Numbered from the whole stretch's first letter, positions 1-13,652 are shown. The stretch: DNA of 56,685 nt, filler included, from Bipalium vagum (GCA_037834085.1; 3 parts of 3 records of this genome joined end to end with filler, not necessarily neighbours in it); one strand, 5' to 3'. Made by a program: numbers and translations. Notes: generated by a model not told the origin, from the letters alone.

Positions 1-1610
1 TTCATTGTAAATTGATTTGTAATTTGATATCGATCTGAATATACGTATTAAACTAAAAATCGTTTTCTCAGTGAACTTTAATTAAAGCGAACACGTATAA
101 AAGCAACCTTCAACCGTTAAGACCTGAGAGATTTTTGAGCTCCGAACTTTAACATCCTTTTTACCCATCAAATACCAGGATCTTAACAATATTGATATTC
201 ATTGTTATTTGTTCAAAAATATAAATAACTGTCAAAATTTTTATGTCAATTCTCTTGTATTCTACCTTGCGTATCTTGGTTTGGCACCTGAAGCGTACTT
301 AGTTGAGAGGCTTGTATATCCTAAACAAACATTGGTAATATTTTTATACTGTAAAATAAGTAGAATTTACTTTAATCTTAATCCTCTTCCAACCGTTTTT
401 ATGCTTTGGTATGTACATGAACAAATTAGATATCATAATGAAGCTCTGAATAAATTCTTTAAACTGAATACAAGAGTGATTGATCGGGAATTCACTATTA
501 CAAGGCAGCAAAATAATGATGATCAGGAATAATGATATATCGTCAATGAGATGATTCTAACTTTTAAAATAATTCTCTTGTACATTAAAGAGATTTCAAA
601 AAAAGTACACAATCTCTTTAAATCTAATCGACTCATCTCTCAACTCTTAGATCAAGGAAATCCGTGTAAATTCTTCGAAGGACACCTCCCTCCATTGATT
701 CCACAACATTCAACTCTGCGCTAAAAGATCTGCCATGTTTATTATTTTTTAGGGAACAACAACTGTTATATTCTGCTGCCATTACATTAATTCTCTGGAT
801 GTCACTGTCACCTATTCAATAATATCCAAAGCTTGGGTCACCAAATTTCTTGAATGTATTAAAACATATTTGATACTGAAAATGTTCAGACAAAACCCTG
901 ATCTTCTTTTCGTACTTTGACACATTAAACATTGTTGGATTCTATTCGTCTGCGATGTTTTATTGAATCAATATACATCTTGATCCATATCCTCATTGGG
1001 ATGAAAGGAGTGAACTTTTAAAATTTATCTCCATTATTTCGACTATCTTGTATTTCCTTCTCAGGTAAATTATGTTTAAAATATCAAAATAGGACCAGTT
1101 CAGAAAATGAGATCTCCGTCCGAAAGCGTTCCACTAATATGTTGATATATCATAAATATTCAATTTTCTGGAGCAAATCATCAAACTTAATGAACTGCAA
1201 TAAAATCAAAAAAGCACTGCACAACTCATAAGAAAGCAAATAAAAGACATTAGATTAAGACCACATGTACATTTAAATTAAACATGTACATTTACAGAAT
1301 ACTTCTCGCTACTAAACTCCTAGATAATATGAAATAATTAAAATCTTCAAACAATGAAGCTGAGAATAAAATTGTTTTTTATTATCCACTCGATTCGTCC
1401 AATAAAGGGAAAACTATTGTTTCTGGGACAATCAACAATAAAAAGATCAGTAACAGATTACAATATTCGAAGTGCTCATTCAAAGCTACGTGTGACTTCA
1501 GTAGCTGACTGCAATTCGTCTATATACAGCATCTACAATTATTATAATAAAAAGTCAACCTTTTCAACTCCAGTTGACCGGCATCATTCAGATCTCAGAA
1601 ATTTAATAAA

Positions 1611-2390
1611 ATGGAGCCTTACTTCGACTTTTATCCATTCTCATCTCGTGAATTTCCTTGGATAATTAATGGTGTTAAGAATAACGCTGGAGGCATGAGT
1701 AATATATCCTATTCGGATATAAAATACTGTGATCCGATCTACGAACTTCATTTCTTTTTACTAAACATCATCTTGGAAATCACGCAACTTATTCTATATA
1801 ATGACAAACTCATGGCGTCAAATAGGTTATCTAGAATGCTCCTACAAAATTTTTGCTTCTGCGCTTTGTCGCTAAATATCAGGCTAGCTCACCAAAAACA
1901 ATCCGCTGCATCCGATGCAAAAAATGTCTCGGTCCATTTAATGGTTACACAGAACACAACTTTGTACTCCCTTCAATATTAGACTGCCACCGAAGATTAT
2001 TCAACTCGCCCTTGCACATCACATTTTTAGACGTGATTTTCGGCAATATTAGGCTAGATACATCAGTGAATGTCTTTCTCGAATGAAAATCGGACCCAAA
2101 TCTTGCAAATTGATAGAAAATCTCTACCATGACTGTCAATCATACTTTGCCTGCGGTAATATTATTAACAATCCCATTAATGTCAATTTAGAAGTTCGAC
2201 AAAGCTGTCAACTTTCTATGTTTCTGTTTAAAAGTGGTATAAAACTAATATTGAATGGTTTAGACTAAGTACTGTGTGGTGGTACTATGATAAGCTAATT
2301 CAGATTGACTTGTTTTGCTTATGCAGATAATCTCATCCTTCTAAGCACAAGTCAATCTTTTATGCAAAATCTAATAGACCGAGCGGTGGA
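1611..2390 (+). mobile_element. Decayed reverse transcriptase of an RLE-clade (R2/NeSL-like) non-LTR retrotransposon
   Basis: RT motifs appear in order across frameshifts: PFSSREF..KNNAGGMSNISYSDIKYCDP (cf. NTAPGPDGI), YKIFASAL, PFNGYTEHNFVL (cf. GFLPxxGCxEHNF), HITFLD..FGNI, VRQSCQLSMFLF (cf. GVRQGCPLSPLLF), CFAYADNLILL (cf. YADD). The less AT-rich DNA upstream (1-1600) may be the 5' part of the element. Confidence 0.8.
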
Positions 2391-3559
2391 AAAATTTGTT
2401 CTTTTCAAAATTTTAAAATAGTTCCAAAAAATATATTATCTGCAAATATTATGTCAAACAATATTATTGTGTGAAGATGTATAGAAAAAATTAAGTAGTG
2501 TTGAACAAAATATAAATTATTGATTTACACTTAGGAAAAATTATTACCGTTATTTAAAATTCAATTATAAATTTAAATATACATTTAACAAAATAAATTT
2601 TCTGAGTATATTAATTTTCTTGATAAATTTAACATTTTATGTTGATGATTCTTTAAATAACCTTGGTTTTAATAAATTTTAATTATCTTAAACAATTATG
2701 TTTTAGTTCGATAATTTTAAAATAAAAAACATTTATAATTATATTTAATAATTTTTAAAATAATTTAAATAAATCTATTTACTTAAAAAATTGGTTTTAA
2801 AGAAAAAATTATAAAAATATTAGGAAATATATTTCTACGTTGGCAAGGAGATTTATAAACATTATTATTTTATCGATTTAAATGAAGACAGTACTCTTAA
2901 TATGCGTTCTATATTTATTGATGAATTCTATTCATCTTCATGAAGTCAGCCAAACTTTCAAATGGAGATTAAACTATCCGTTATTCTCTTCTTTACTCCA
3001 GTTTGCCTATTTATTGGCGAATGATGATTTAGATAACCTAGTTTTAAGCCTGAACGCAAATAATTCAACATATGTTCCGATAAATTCTGGTAATATTGTG
3101 AATTCCTATATTATCTAATGACCTCTGTTATGAATTAAATTCCTATTGATCTTCTTGTTTTATGAAACCATTGATTCTCTTTTGTAATTTAAGATTGAAA
3201 TGTTAATTTTTTAGAAACTAGGAAAAAATTAATCAATAGTTTTCTATTACGTTCAAACAAATCTTATTACTTTGGTTTTTGGACTTAATTAAAACTAAAA
3301 TTGTATTCATTTTTATTATATTTCATAATTTTTAAAAGTATCTGAATTTATCTTTATTTATTTTGACTAAAAGCTCAGGTAAATTAGAACCTAATGGAAA
3401 ACTTAAAAATTTTAATAACACACATATATATAACCAAATATGAAAAAATGAAGTGATTTCTAAAATTTAATTAAAATATAGAGATTTTTCAAACATTCTT
3501 TTTATTTAAGCTAAAATCAAAATTACTTAGATGGATATTTAAAATGAAGCTAACCATTC

Positions 3560-4190
3560 AAAAACTATATGTACTATTTAATTTCAGTATTGAATGAAAG
3601 GCCCGTTTTCTTGGACATCGATCGTAAAAGATGAAAATCAGTTTGAACTAGGTCCAGAGAACATGCATGATATGTAAGAATCTTCAAATCAAGCTTTGGG
3701 AAGACAGGTTTGATACGGTTAACTATCTGCGGTCAAGCGTTATCATGGTTTGATAACTTCGGCTCAAGTCTAAAAAAACCACTCATCCCTTCCTTTGCCT
3801 GAAATTAAAATAATCATAATTTCTCATTTCCCTTAACTATTCTGTTGAGAAATCGTTCTTTGTGATAATCTAATTCCTGGTGTTGATCGAGATGTTGAGC
3901 AGCAATCACCAGACGACCATGTTCTTGTTTTGAGGTGAGATGACGAGGCACCCGAGTTCCAAGCTTTTCGGAAAATTTCATTGATCGAAGATAGATGGAA
4001 GTTCACTGCTGTGTGTTTTGAAGTTCGAAATTTCCTTTTTTGAATTTTGTGTACGATTCTTCAGCAGTGCGCCCATCAATTGCACCTTCACACAACACAG
4101 ATATCTTGGACTTGGTAACTTTCAGGCCTTTTTTAAAAGCAAATAAAATTAAATGTCGAAAAGGTTGTTTTTTATCCACTTAACGGACAC
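3560..4190 (-). mobile_element. Decayed mariner transposase, N-terminal part
   Basis: Minus strand reads KQPFRHLILFAFKKGLK..EGAIDGRTAEESYTKFKKGNFEL, the mariner HTH region, with stops and frameshifts. Confidence 0.65.
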
Positions 4191-5268
4191 TGAATATAAT
4201 TAATATTGTTTTGTAGGGTTGAAAAAGATGATTCAAAAATATATACAAATAACGATAAATAAAAACAAATGAATAAAATCACGGGAATTTATGTTACAGC
4301 TCAATATGTAAATATTTATAATCAATTAAAATCTTTTAAAGTTGAAATTGTCTAAATTAAAAAATTAAATGGATTTCGGAAAATTTAGTATGAAAAATCA
4401 ATAGAGCAAAATTATAAAAATTCTAATCAAAATTGTACAAAATAAAAAAATTGATCAAAACTAGACAGAATTTTCAAAAAAATTGCTTGAATGAACTTAG
4501 GGCACTGGAACAGCAACAAATTAGACAAAAATATTATCCTAAACTCTATCAAAAACAACAATGGTGAACCCCTGTCCAAGTTATTTTATCAATAAAAAGT
4601 TTTCCTGAAAACAATTTATCTCTGAACCCAGAGTTTTATCGTGCCAGTTATAATCCAAAACACGAATAAAATAAAATACACTACCGATAATTAATGTCTA
4701 CTTTATGAATGTCAAAAACTAATATGTAGATAATGCCAATGACATCGTTTTCATCGTGTTGTGTGAATGTAGAAGAGTAGTTTTTGTTATCAATAATATG
4801 GTCATGATTAAAGAATTGATGGATTCGACAGACTTTTTTAAATTTTTAATTGAATATAATTGTGAGGAATTATAAATTCAACTCATTTAATTATCTCCAT
4901 TAAAATTTTTAATAAAAAAGTTCCCAAAGACTGATTGTGGATCTGTGCTTTTTCAATTTTCATTTTAATCTTATATGATATTTCTGGAAACGTGTCAGGA
5001 TATTAGTTTTATCATTTAATATAAATGAATTAATTGATCATTATGAGGCACTCATCTGAAAGAACAATATAAGAATAATCCATATTTATTTTTTATTGAT
5101 CATATTGATAACGACACGTGGATTAGATTAACTCAAAATATAATTGATTTACAGTTATATCATACAGACTATTACATTGTGACAATAAATTTATAAGATC
5201 ACCGATTTTCAAAAATTAAATGAAAATTTTCAAATATATATATTTTAATAAAATAAAGATAATTAAAG

Positions 5269-6501
5269 TCACGAACAAAAGAATTTCATGATAATTCCAA
5301 ATATGATTGCAATACGTAGGCTTTCTGACCAGAAGGGTTTCTCGGCATCTAATAGGCGACCAATTTGAAGTAGAGTAAATAAAATCATACCAGCACTAAT
5401 TATTAAGATGTTATTAGTTAATGACTTTTCAAAAGCCAATAATATCGAGAAACTAAGATTAGTAGCTATAAAATTAATAAAACAATATATAAATATGGAT
5501 GAAGAGACTTCCTTTTTATAATATTCAACAGGTTTTTCAGGTTCTGAAATACTGTCAACTGAACCCAATCTACTTTGATCTTTTTCCCACCCTGGACCGT
5601 AGAAAATAGCCTTGCATTTTTCTAGAACACCCGTTTGATTCGATACTTTGTGATACAAATGTTTCAAATAAATGATTTGAATTTTTAAAGGGTTCCATGT
5701 TTTAATGGGTTGAACTATTCCGTAAATAACATTATCTTCTTCCTTTTGGAAGGTACCAAAAAGTCTATCAAATATTATTAGAGTTCCACCATAGTTTTTG
5801 TCAATACAATATTTATTTCTTCCATGATGCACTCTGTGATGACTGGGAGTATTGAAAATCCACTCAATAGGACCTAATTTATTAATGACCTCTGTATGAA
5901 TCCAAAATTGATATAATAGATTAAATTGTAAATGGACAACAAATACTGTTGGTGGCAAGAATAAAGCCAATGGTAGGTAAAACATCCAGGCAAAATATCT
6001 TTGTAGTAAACCTTGACGAAGAGCAGTACTTAGATTATATCTTTGAGAACTATGATGGGCCTGGTGAGTTGACCAGAAAAGTGAGATTTCATGACCAGCT
6101 CTATGTACCCAATAATATCCAAAATCAACTCCAATCATTCCACCAAACCAAACAGCTGGAGAATTTTGATCTACTTCAATTATGCGATAATGTTTATGAA
6201 CCCAAATAAAAATCAAAATTTCTGCAGACTTGAAAAAAAATAACGGGACTTGAGATATGATTCCAGCACTGATTGAGCTAATGGAATCACTCCAATCTAT
6301 TCCGGTATATTTTGATTTTTTCCTAAAAATGATTGAAAATTCTATAATAAGCAATAATAAAAAGAATGGAATCGCCTCTGCAACAAAATTTGGAATCGAT
6401 TCCAACGATTTGTAGGTGGTTTCAGCTGGTGTGACAAAATAAAACATCCTTCTTAAAGGTAAAAGCATTTTACTTACATACGTATAATCCATATGGTGCA
6501 A
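5269..6501 (-). CDS. AGMO: Alkylglycerol monooxygenase (TMEM195; fatty acid hydroxylase superfamily), single exon
   Basis: 410-aa ORF with the histidine boxes YYWVHRAGHE, HQAHHSS, QFWIHTE and PSHHRVHHGRNKYCIDKNYGGTLIIFDRLFGTF, which are characteristic of AGMO. Confidence 0.95.
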   Translation of the reverse strand: MHHMDYTYVSKMLLPLRRMFYFVTPAETTYKSLESIPNFVAEAIPFFLLLLIIEFSIIFRKKSKYTGIDWSDSISSISAGIISQVPLFFFKSAEILIFIWVHKHYRIIEVDQNSPAVWFGGMIGVDFGYYWVHRAGHEISLFWSTHQAHHSSQRYNLSTALRQGLLQRYFAWMFYLPLALFLPPTVFVVHLQFNLLYQFWIHTEVINKLGPIEWIFNTPSHHRVHHGRNKYCIDKNYGGTLIIFDRLFGTFQKEEDNVIYGIVQPIKTWNPLKIQIIYLKHLYHKVSNQTGVLEKCKAIFYGPGWEKDQSRLGSVDSISEPEKPVEYYKKEVSSSIFIYCFINFIATNLSFSILLAFEKSLTNNILIISAGMILFTLLQIGRLLDAEKPFWSESLRIAIIFGIIMKFFCS

Positions 6502-6654
6502 TTAAAAAGTAAAGTAAATTATCTCTTATAAAATATCATCACATGATTAGAATTAACATCAATACTAATCGGTGAAAGTCTATTTTGAGGTAATATTAGA
6601 ATATACATAGAGAACTTCGACATATAGACCTTATTAAGTGTTCTTACATTTCAA

Positions 6655-6690
6655 ATTATTATTATTATTTATTTTTTTTTATTATTATTA

Positions 6691-6727
<37 letters not shown>
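6655..6727. repeat. Imperfect (ATT)n microsatellite
   Basis: Directly visible tandem ATT units. Confidence 0.85.
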
Positions 6728-7139
6728 CTTTATTAAAAATATTATAATTATTAAAATTATTATTATTGATTAATTTATAATTCAGATTTTTATCAAGAAA
6801 TTATTTCAGATAATTATTTTTTTATGAAATTTGAGCACTTTTTAATTTTTTTTTCAACTCACATACTTACTTTTCATTATTATTTCACTAGAACTATCTT
6901 TTATTCGTCATCTCTACATAATCTGATTTTAGATTTTATATCAGATATAATTTGCAAAAATAATGTCTCTAAAAATTATGATCTACTGATTTTCTTAAAA
7001 TTTCTTAAAGCAATTTAAAATAATATTCTTTAATAAAATCAGGTTTTCACGTTTTATTTAAGATAATATTTTTGATTTTTTGTTAATTGATGTTATTTAG
7101 TATAAATTAGGATCTATTTTGATTTATGTGTCGCATTTT

Positions 7140-7367
7140 CTGAACAAATCTGATGACATGAAGATGTTACCCGGTACGCATACTGGTATATCCGACAAAC
7201 CTGTCGACGGCTCAGATACGACGACGCTACGGGAACATAAAGTCGGGGATTAATGCCAACAGATTTCATATCCCTGTTACAAAGGAACATCAGCCTCACT
7301 GATTCAATCCCGCTGTCTAAGATACGGAACGTCACAGAGTGGCGACAGTTAATCAAATTTCAACCTA
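7140..7367 (+). mobile_element. 3' remnant of an RTE-like LINE
   Basis: GC-richer island translating RYAYWYIRQ..GT*SRGLMPTDFISLLQRNI..RNVTEWRQLI, resembling the RTE C-terminus (GHxxR..GxRxRGRP..DRxxWR). Confidence 0.5.
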
Positions 7368-8876
7368 TTAATTGATTTTATTTTATTCTTTTTATATGGC
7401 ATGAATAATCAAGAACTTTTAATGCAAGCAGATTTAAATAGTAGCGATTAACAAATGCGTTCTACAATGTCACTTCATTTATAAAACTATTTCATTATAA
7501 AACTTTTGCTTAATTTCTCCTTCATGGAATCAAAATATCTAAGAATAACAACATTAACTTTTGATAAGAACAAAATCTTTCCCAAACTAAGAAATATTGG
7601 ATTAATCGGAACAGATTTTGTTTTTAAAATGAAATACAGAGATGGTTTTGAGGAAATCAAAGTTCCTAATCTGACTGGTATATATAGCACAATATAATTT
7701 ATTTGAGAATATATTGTGTTATTTTATGCTTTTTGAAAATAAAACCAAATTAATGGGTTATTTAAATAAACCGCAAGTCTCACATTATTTCTTTTTTTCC
7801 ATAATAAGAATAAAATTTTTTTATGATACTGGATAAAGTTAAAGGCAGAAAGGTTTAGAGAACCATAGAGTAGTTTATATATTTGAAAAGAGAAATAGAT
7901 TAAAAAAAAAATATATATATATTAAAGAAAGTAAAGGTAATTTCAAGTTATATTGCATAAAATGTAAGAGAGAAAAGGTTTAAAAATTTTAAAATAAAGA
8001 TAAATTTAAAAATTTTAATTCTGAACCAAAAATATCAATCAATATTTTAAGAATAATATAAATTGGATTCACACAATTTTATATTACAAAATATATAATA
8101 GACATCTTTACAACATCCTTAAAGATGTCAAACTTAGCGAAAAAATTCTAAATTAGATTAAAGTACTGTTATTATCATTTGTTGACAAATAATATTTTAA
8201 TATTAATTTTAAGCATTGTCATTTTTATATATTTTTATATTTATTTATATTTATATTTGCGGAAAGTAATATTGATTTTTTAATTAAAAATATGTAAAAA
8301 GAAAATTCTTAAATCTACATAAGCGATTTCGAAAGAATTTGTCAAAATAGTTGATATATAAAAATCTTCCAAGAAAGGAAGCTATTTATTATTATATTTA
8401 ATAATAATAATAATAATATTGCATATGAAAATATCTAAAGCAATTAAGAATCTTTTCGTTGGTTTTCTTAAATCTAAAAAAGCACTTTTCCTGATTATGA
8501 TCAATAATCGAATTAAAAAGACAGTTTTTAAAAAGTGTTTTCTTAATATTATAAAAAAAATCGATAAAAATTATAATGGAAAATTAAATTATTGATTGAA
8601 AAATTTCTCATTCGAATTTTCTACTTATTATTTCATTTATAACAATAACCCTTTGCTAGTGTGTATTACAAATATCTAGAAAAACATTAACTACTATCCT
8701 GATGGAAGCTGTGTGATGCCAATAATAAATGATATAAGTAATGAGAACAATTGCACTGAACAAGCTCTTGTGTACCTTGTTTGTGTGCTATTTGATATTG
8801 TTTCAGTGATAAATATTTATTTAAAGAAATTTTTGTTCACAATGAAAAATAATTTTTAAAAAAATTATCCAGAAGA

Positions 8877-11800
8877 ATGGTAGTGCAGGTCGAGCCAATC
8901 CCGACCTACATGAAATTTATAATCGGAGCATCATCAGGGTAAAGTATTATTTTTTTATGATTTTTAGGAAATGTTTAACTTGAACTTTGATGAAGAATGT
9001 TAACTACTCTGATTGTTCAACCCTTCGATTTCCTTAAAACCCGAATGCAAATAACTGGTTTCATAAATTTACTGTATATTTCCTTGTTACTATCATAGAA
9101 TAGGTCAAGATGAGCAACGTCAATGCTATAGAAGTAGTTGTGATGCTGCCAAACAGATCATACGAGATGAAGGAATAATGATAATTTACTCGGGGTATTT
9201 TCAAAATTATTTTTATTTATTACAAACTTCTAATTTGTACTTTTAGTAATGTGTTCAACATGTGTCATTTACAAATTTTAACATAGTTTATTAATAATAA
9301 GCTATTAATAATTAATAATTAATATTATTATATTAATAATTAATAATATTTTTTACTGCTATTATTATATCTGCAATATAATAATTGTTTTATTTTTTGT
9401 TCTTTTCTTTCATATTTAAAATAAATTAATTAGTATAATACTGTTTTCAACTTTAGCAAGGTAGCTATAATTTGGAAGATCAAGATGGAATACAACTAAA
9501 ATAGTTTTATTAAAAAATTATATTATATTAAAAAATTATATTATTATATTAAAAAAATATATTATATTACTCATTTTATATTTTTAATTTACCCATTATT
9601 ATATTTTATATTTATTATTATTTATTTTATTATATTTACTCATTATTATAGTATTAAAATATATTACTCTAAACATTTTCTGTATTCTGGCTACCAAGAA
9701 AGTTCAATAAAATAAACAATTACCCAGTGGGTACAGTCCACGTAATACTTTCAATAGTATTATACTTTTAAAAAGAATATTGCCATTCTTCGTAATTTTA
9801 ACATTATGAAAACATTATTAAAAGGGCGTCATCAATTATATTTTTATTGAATAAGGAAATTACTGTAGACAAATAATAATAATAATAAATTCATTTGATT
9901 TTAGTTGCTGTCATAACAACCTGAAGAAATGAAAGAAATTAAAATTGCAGAAAAATTTTATTAAAATAACAAGAAAGTACATTTTAGATATTATATAATT
10001 TTTGTTTCAATTGAATCTCATAATAAAAAATATTTTCTGATTATTATTTTAAAAAAACCTCTTAGCTTAACTGCCGCACTGTTTCGTCAAGCCACATATA
10101 CTGCATCAAAATTGGGGATATATACTATGCTTTATGAACAATTTACTATAAAAAACAAACCGCCAAGCTTCATGATAAAGATTTTGATAGCATTTATATC
10201 CGGAGTCATAGGATCATGTATTGGTACACCTTCTGACATTGCCTTAATCAGAATGACAGCAGACGGAATGTATTTATAATAAAATATTGAAAATATTGAA
10301 ATAATAAATTTTTAGATTACCAATTGAACAAAAACGAAATTATAGAAATGTTTTTCATGCTTTTTATTGTATTACTAAAGAAGACGGGATTCTAGGTTTA
10401 TGGAAAGTAAACTTTGATTTTAAAAAAGATGCAAAAAATCAGATTTTTAGTCAGCTTTTCCTTCAATGAGTCGTGGAGTTGTGGTTACATTGGTCCAGCT
10501 AGCTTCATATTCACAAACGAAACAAATGATGATTGAGAAAAGTATACTTTTTAAAATTTTACTTTTTAAAAACTTTGAATGAGAAGGAAATATTTTATTT
10601 CGTCTATTATCAAAACTTTATTTGACATGACTTATGAATTGAGTAAAATCTGGGAGAATGATATCTCTAAAAGAATTACAAGAACTAATTTTCATGTAAT
10701 ATCATCAGTAGTTAAAATGTCTTGGGTCTCCAGCGATGTACGAATCTTTGAAATAAAAAAATCATTGAAACAGCTATTAAATAATTTAATGATTATGTTC
10801 AGTCTTTTTTCTATGACCTGAGACTAAATCTCTTTTATTGAAAAGTTTACTATTCAAAGAAGTTTGTGTTGAACTAAATAAATGATAATATGATAGTGCT
10901 GTCTTGAATGCAAAGCAGATTAGTGACAAGAAATGTGTGTGATTGTACTGGTGGATTCAGTACCATTTATATTTTGCCATTTTTTTTGAATTTCATTGCT
11001 CAGTTAGATTATCTTGGAATATACCTAAATACTGAACTGATAACCACTTACTTTTAACTGTCATTAACTTCGATTGTAATTTGTGCTGCTTCATTTTTAT
11101 TTGTCACCAATTATTATCAATATTAATTCTGTTTCTACCACATATACCGAGATTATTTAAAAACGATCTTAAAATTGACTTCTTGAACTAAAAATCAAAA
11201 AGATAAAGAAAAATAATTATATGAATAAAATATATTTTTTACCTAAACCAAAGTAAAATAAATAAAGATATATTCATAAAATTAATGTAACGAAATTGAA
11301 AAGTGAATTTAAAAAATAATTGACAGATATAACATTCTGGTGGTAATTTTATATTGATTTAGCCATATTTACTAAAATTATACTTTATATACACTCTTTG
11401 AAAAAATTATTTGCCCATTGTATATTAGAATGAATATTACTTTATATTTTGTCATCATTATGCGTCATAATAAAACAAAGATATTTAACACAAAAATACT
11501 TTATTTAATCAAATATACATTATGACATTACGAACATTCCAATGCATCTCCAATGACTGAAATATCGACCTTCATTAACATCAAAATTTAATCAATTACA
11601 ATAATATATAATATACAGATATATGTAATGGACAAATAATTTTGTCAAAGAGTGTATATTGTATAAGTATATATAAGTCATTTTTATTTCATATTTAAAA
11701 TAGATGTGTTCAAAATATTTATCTATAAACTTATATTTCTAATTTTAATCTACCGTCTTGGGAAAAATTTAAAGAAAAGTATAATTAATTTCAGCATTTC

Positions 11801-13652
11801 ACAATTATAAAAAGGTTAATATAACAATTAATACAAATAATTGTTCAATCAATACTTTATTGCACATCTCTTATACTTAATGATCATCTGCGAACGTTTT
11901 GACATAGAATGTATTGGATTTTGAAAGTATTCAACATTGATAACTATGAAATTGTGAAAATGTAAATCTTCTCTGTTATAAACTTTCTATTGACGAATAA
12001 ATCTTTTCAATTTGCATCAGACTTTTTCAATTGGATTTATGTCCGGCGACTAGGCAGGTAAAGGTATCAGTAAAGAAAAAATGCTGAGTTTAAACCACGT
12101 TTTATGACATTAGGCCGGTGACAAGAGGCGTTATATTGAAATTTGAAATCGTCGTTTATGTACTATTTACTATCAGCTGGTAGCAATCTGTCTTTTAGAA
12201 TATTTTGGTACCATAGAACATTCATTCTCTCTTTCGGCTCAAAAATTACTAATCTTTTGATCCAAGTACTCATGCAGCCTCAAGCGAAAAAAAAGAAGGA
12301 TGTTTAAAAGCAAAAATTGTCTTACAAATTGACACCTATATATCGGATTGATCAAAAAAGAAAACTCGTACCTAAAGATAACTTTTTCCAATCTTCTATT
12401 ATCCAGTCTTTAAAACACAGAAAATTGCAGGCGCTTGATTCGATGCTGATGATCCCATATTGATTTAAGAGCAACACCCGTTTCTTAAACCTATATTTTA
12501 CCAGTAGTTTACAAACTTTGGATGCACTTCTAAGTATTCTTGAGTATTTAAATCACAAACTGCTTAGTTCTTTAGATCCAATAAATGAGGTCTTTTTCAT
12601 AATTCGAAATAACATCCTTTGATTTCGTTAATTACTTTATGAGGGTCCTCCAGATATGGGCTTAACTTTTATATTACCGGTGTCTGTGAATCACTTGACA
12701 ATCGTTCCAACTGCCGAAATTTTGTAAATTATTTTACTAGCATTGTACCATGCAATAATTGCACTTTCAGCTTTTTTTGTTCATATCCTAAAAATAAAAT
12801 TCACATGTGAATAATTTCATGGAGATAAATATAAAAAATTCTTCATTATCTTTAATTATTACTTATCAATGTTATCATCGATTTATTAATATTAATCCAA
12901 GTTAAACTATTTTAATGTTAAAAATAAATGTGCTTAATATTTTGTGCTATCTTTAAACTTTTTACCGAGGGTGTATTTAGTTCAAAAATCTTTAAAAATA
13001 TTAAATTAATCATCTTTTACAACATTAAAATCAAAAAATATCTTTTCAAAATAAAGAAAAATATAAAATTTTTACTATGTATTGCTGATAAAATAAATAT
13101 AAAGAGTAATATTTGTGAAAACCTTGTTCTCAAAAATTTTTAAACTGTTTCACAATGAAACATTGATTAATTGAGAGTATTTTTAAATTATAAAGAAAAA
13201 TTCTAATGTTGCTTTTAAAGTATTTTCCTTCTTATTTAAGCTGATTGGGATTTATGAATTGGAAATATGTGATTAATTTTACTGTCAATACAAAAATGTG
13301 TAATTAGATGGGCTAGAAGAAGGAGTGGTTTTACATTTTTTTGCCAGCATAATCAGTTCTTTAACCACAGCAATATTGTCCATGCCAATAGACATTGTGA
13401 AAACAAGAATTCAAAATATGAGAACTTTAAATGGAAAACCAGAATATTCAAGTTGTTGGGTATGATGACCTTAAAAATTTTTCGGAATAATTTTTCGTTC
13501 AGAACGTTTTCTATAGTATTTATAAAAACGAAGGACTACTGAGTCTGTGGAAAGGTTTTATTCCATATCTTCTCAAAATAGGATCGCATACAGTACTGAT
13601 GTTTATAATTTTTGAGCAAATGAGTTCTGCATATCAGTCCTTTTATTATTAA
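8877..13652 (+). CDS. SLC25A11: Mitochondrial 2-oxoglutarate/malate carrier-like (SLC25), 8 exons
   Basis: Manually spliced GT-AG exons: 8877-8938, 8996-9057, 9104-9194, 10066-10269, 10316-10406, 10451-10541, 13308-13459, 13503-13652(TAA). Three carrier signatures (QPFDFLKTRMQ, TPSDIALIRMTADG, MPIDIVKTRIQNM) plus RQATYT, QLASYSQTKQ and HTVLMFIIFEQM follow the OGC sequence. Confidence 0.92.
11392..11654. mobile_element. Tc1-type MITE (263 bp) in SLC25A11 intron 6
   Basis: 28-bp TIRs CACTCTTTGAAAAAATTATTTGCCCATT / AATGGACAAATAATTTTGTCAAAGAGTG (2 mismatches), TA on both flanks, no coding capacity. Confidence 0.85.
11752..12973 (-). mobile_element. Decayed Tc1-like transposon in SLC25A11 intron 6
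   Basis: Minus strand FKFQYNASCHR (cf. FQQDNAPCH) and PA*SPDINPIEKV* (cf. WPAQSPDLNPIENLW). TIR-like end ...TTTTACCGAGGGTG-TA at ~12960-12975; the left end is degenerate. Confidence 0.75.

Noticed and set aside
5949-6209. Antisense ORF within AGMO, and similar shadow ORFs at 17019, 23895, 39861, 41476 and 56103
   Set aside because: Opposite-strand by-products of real coding or transposase sequence, with no motifs.
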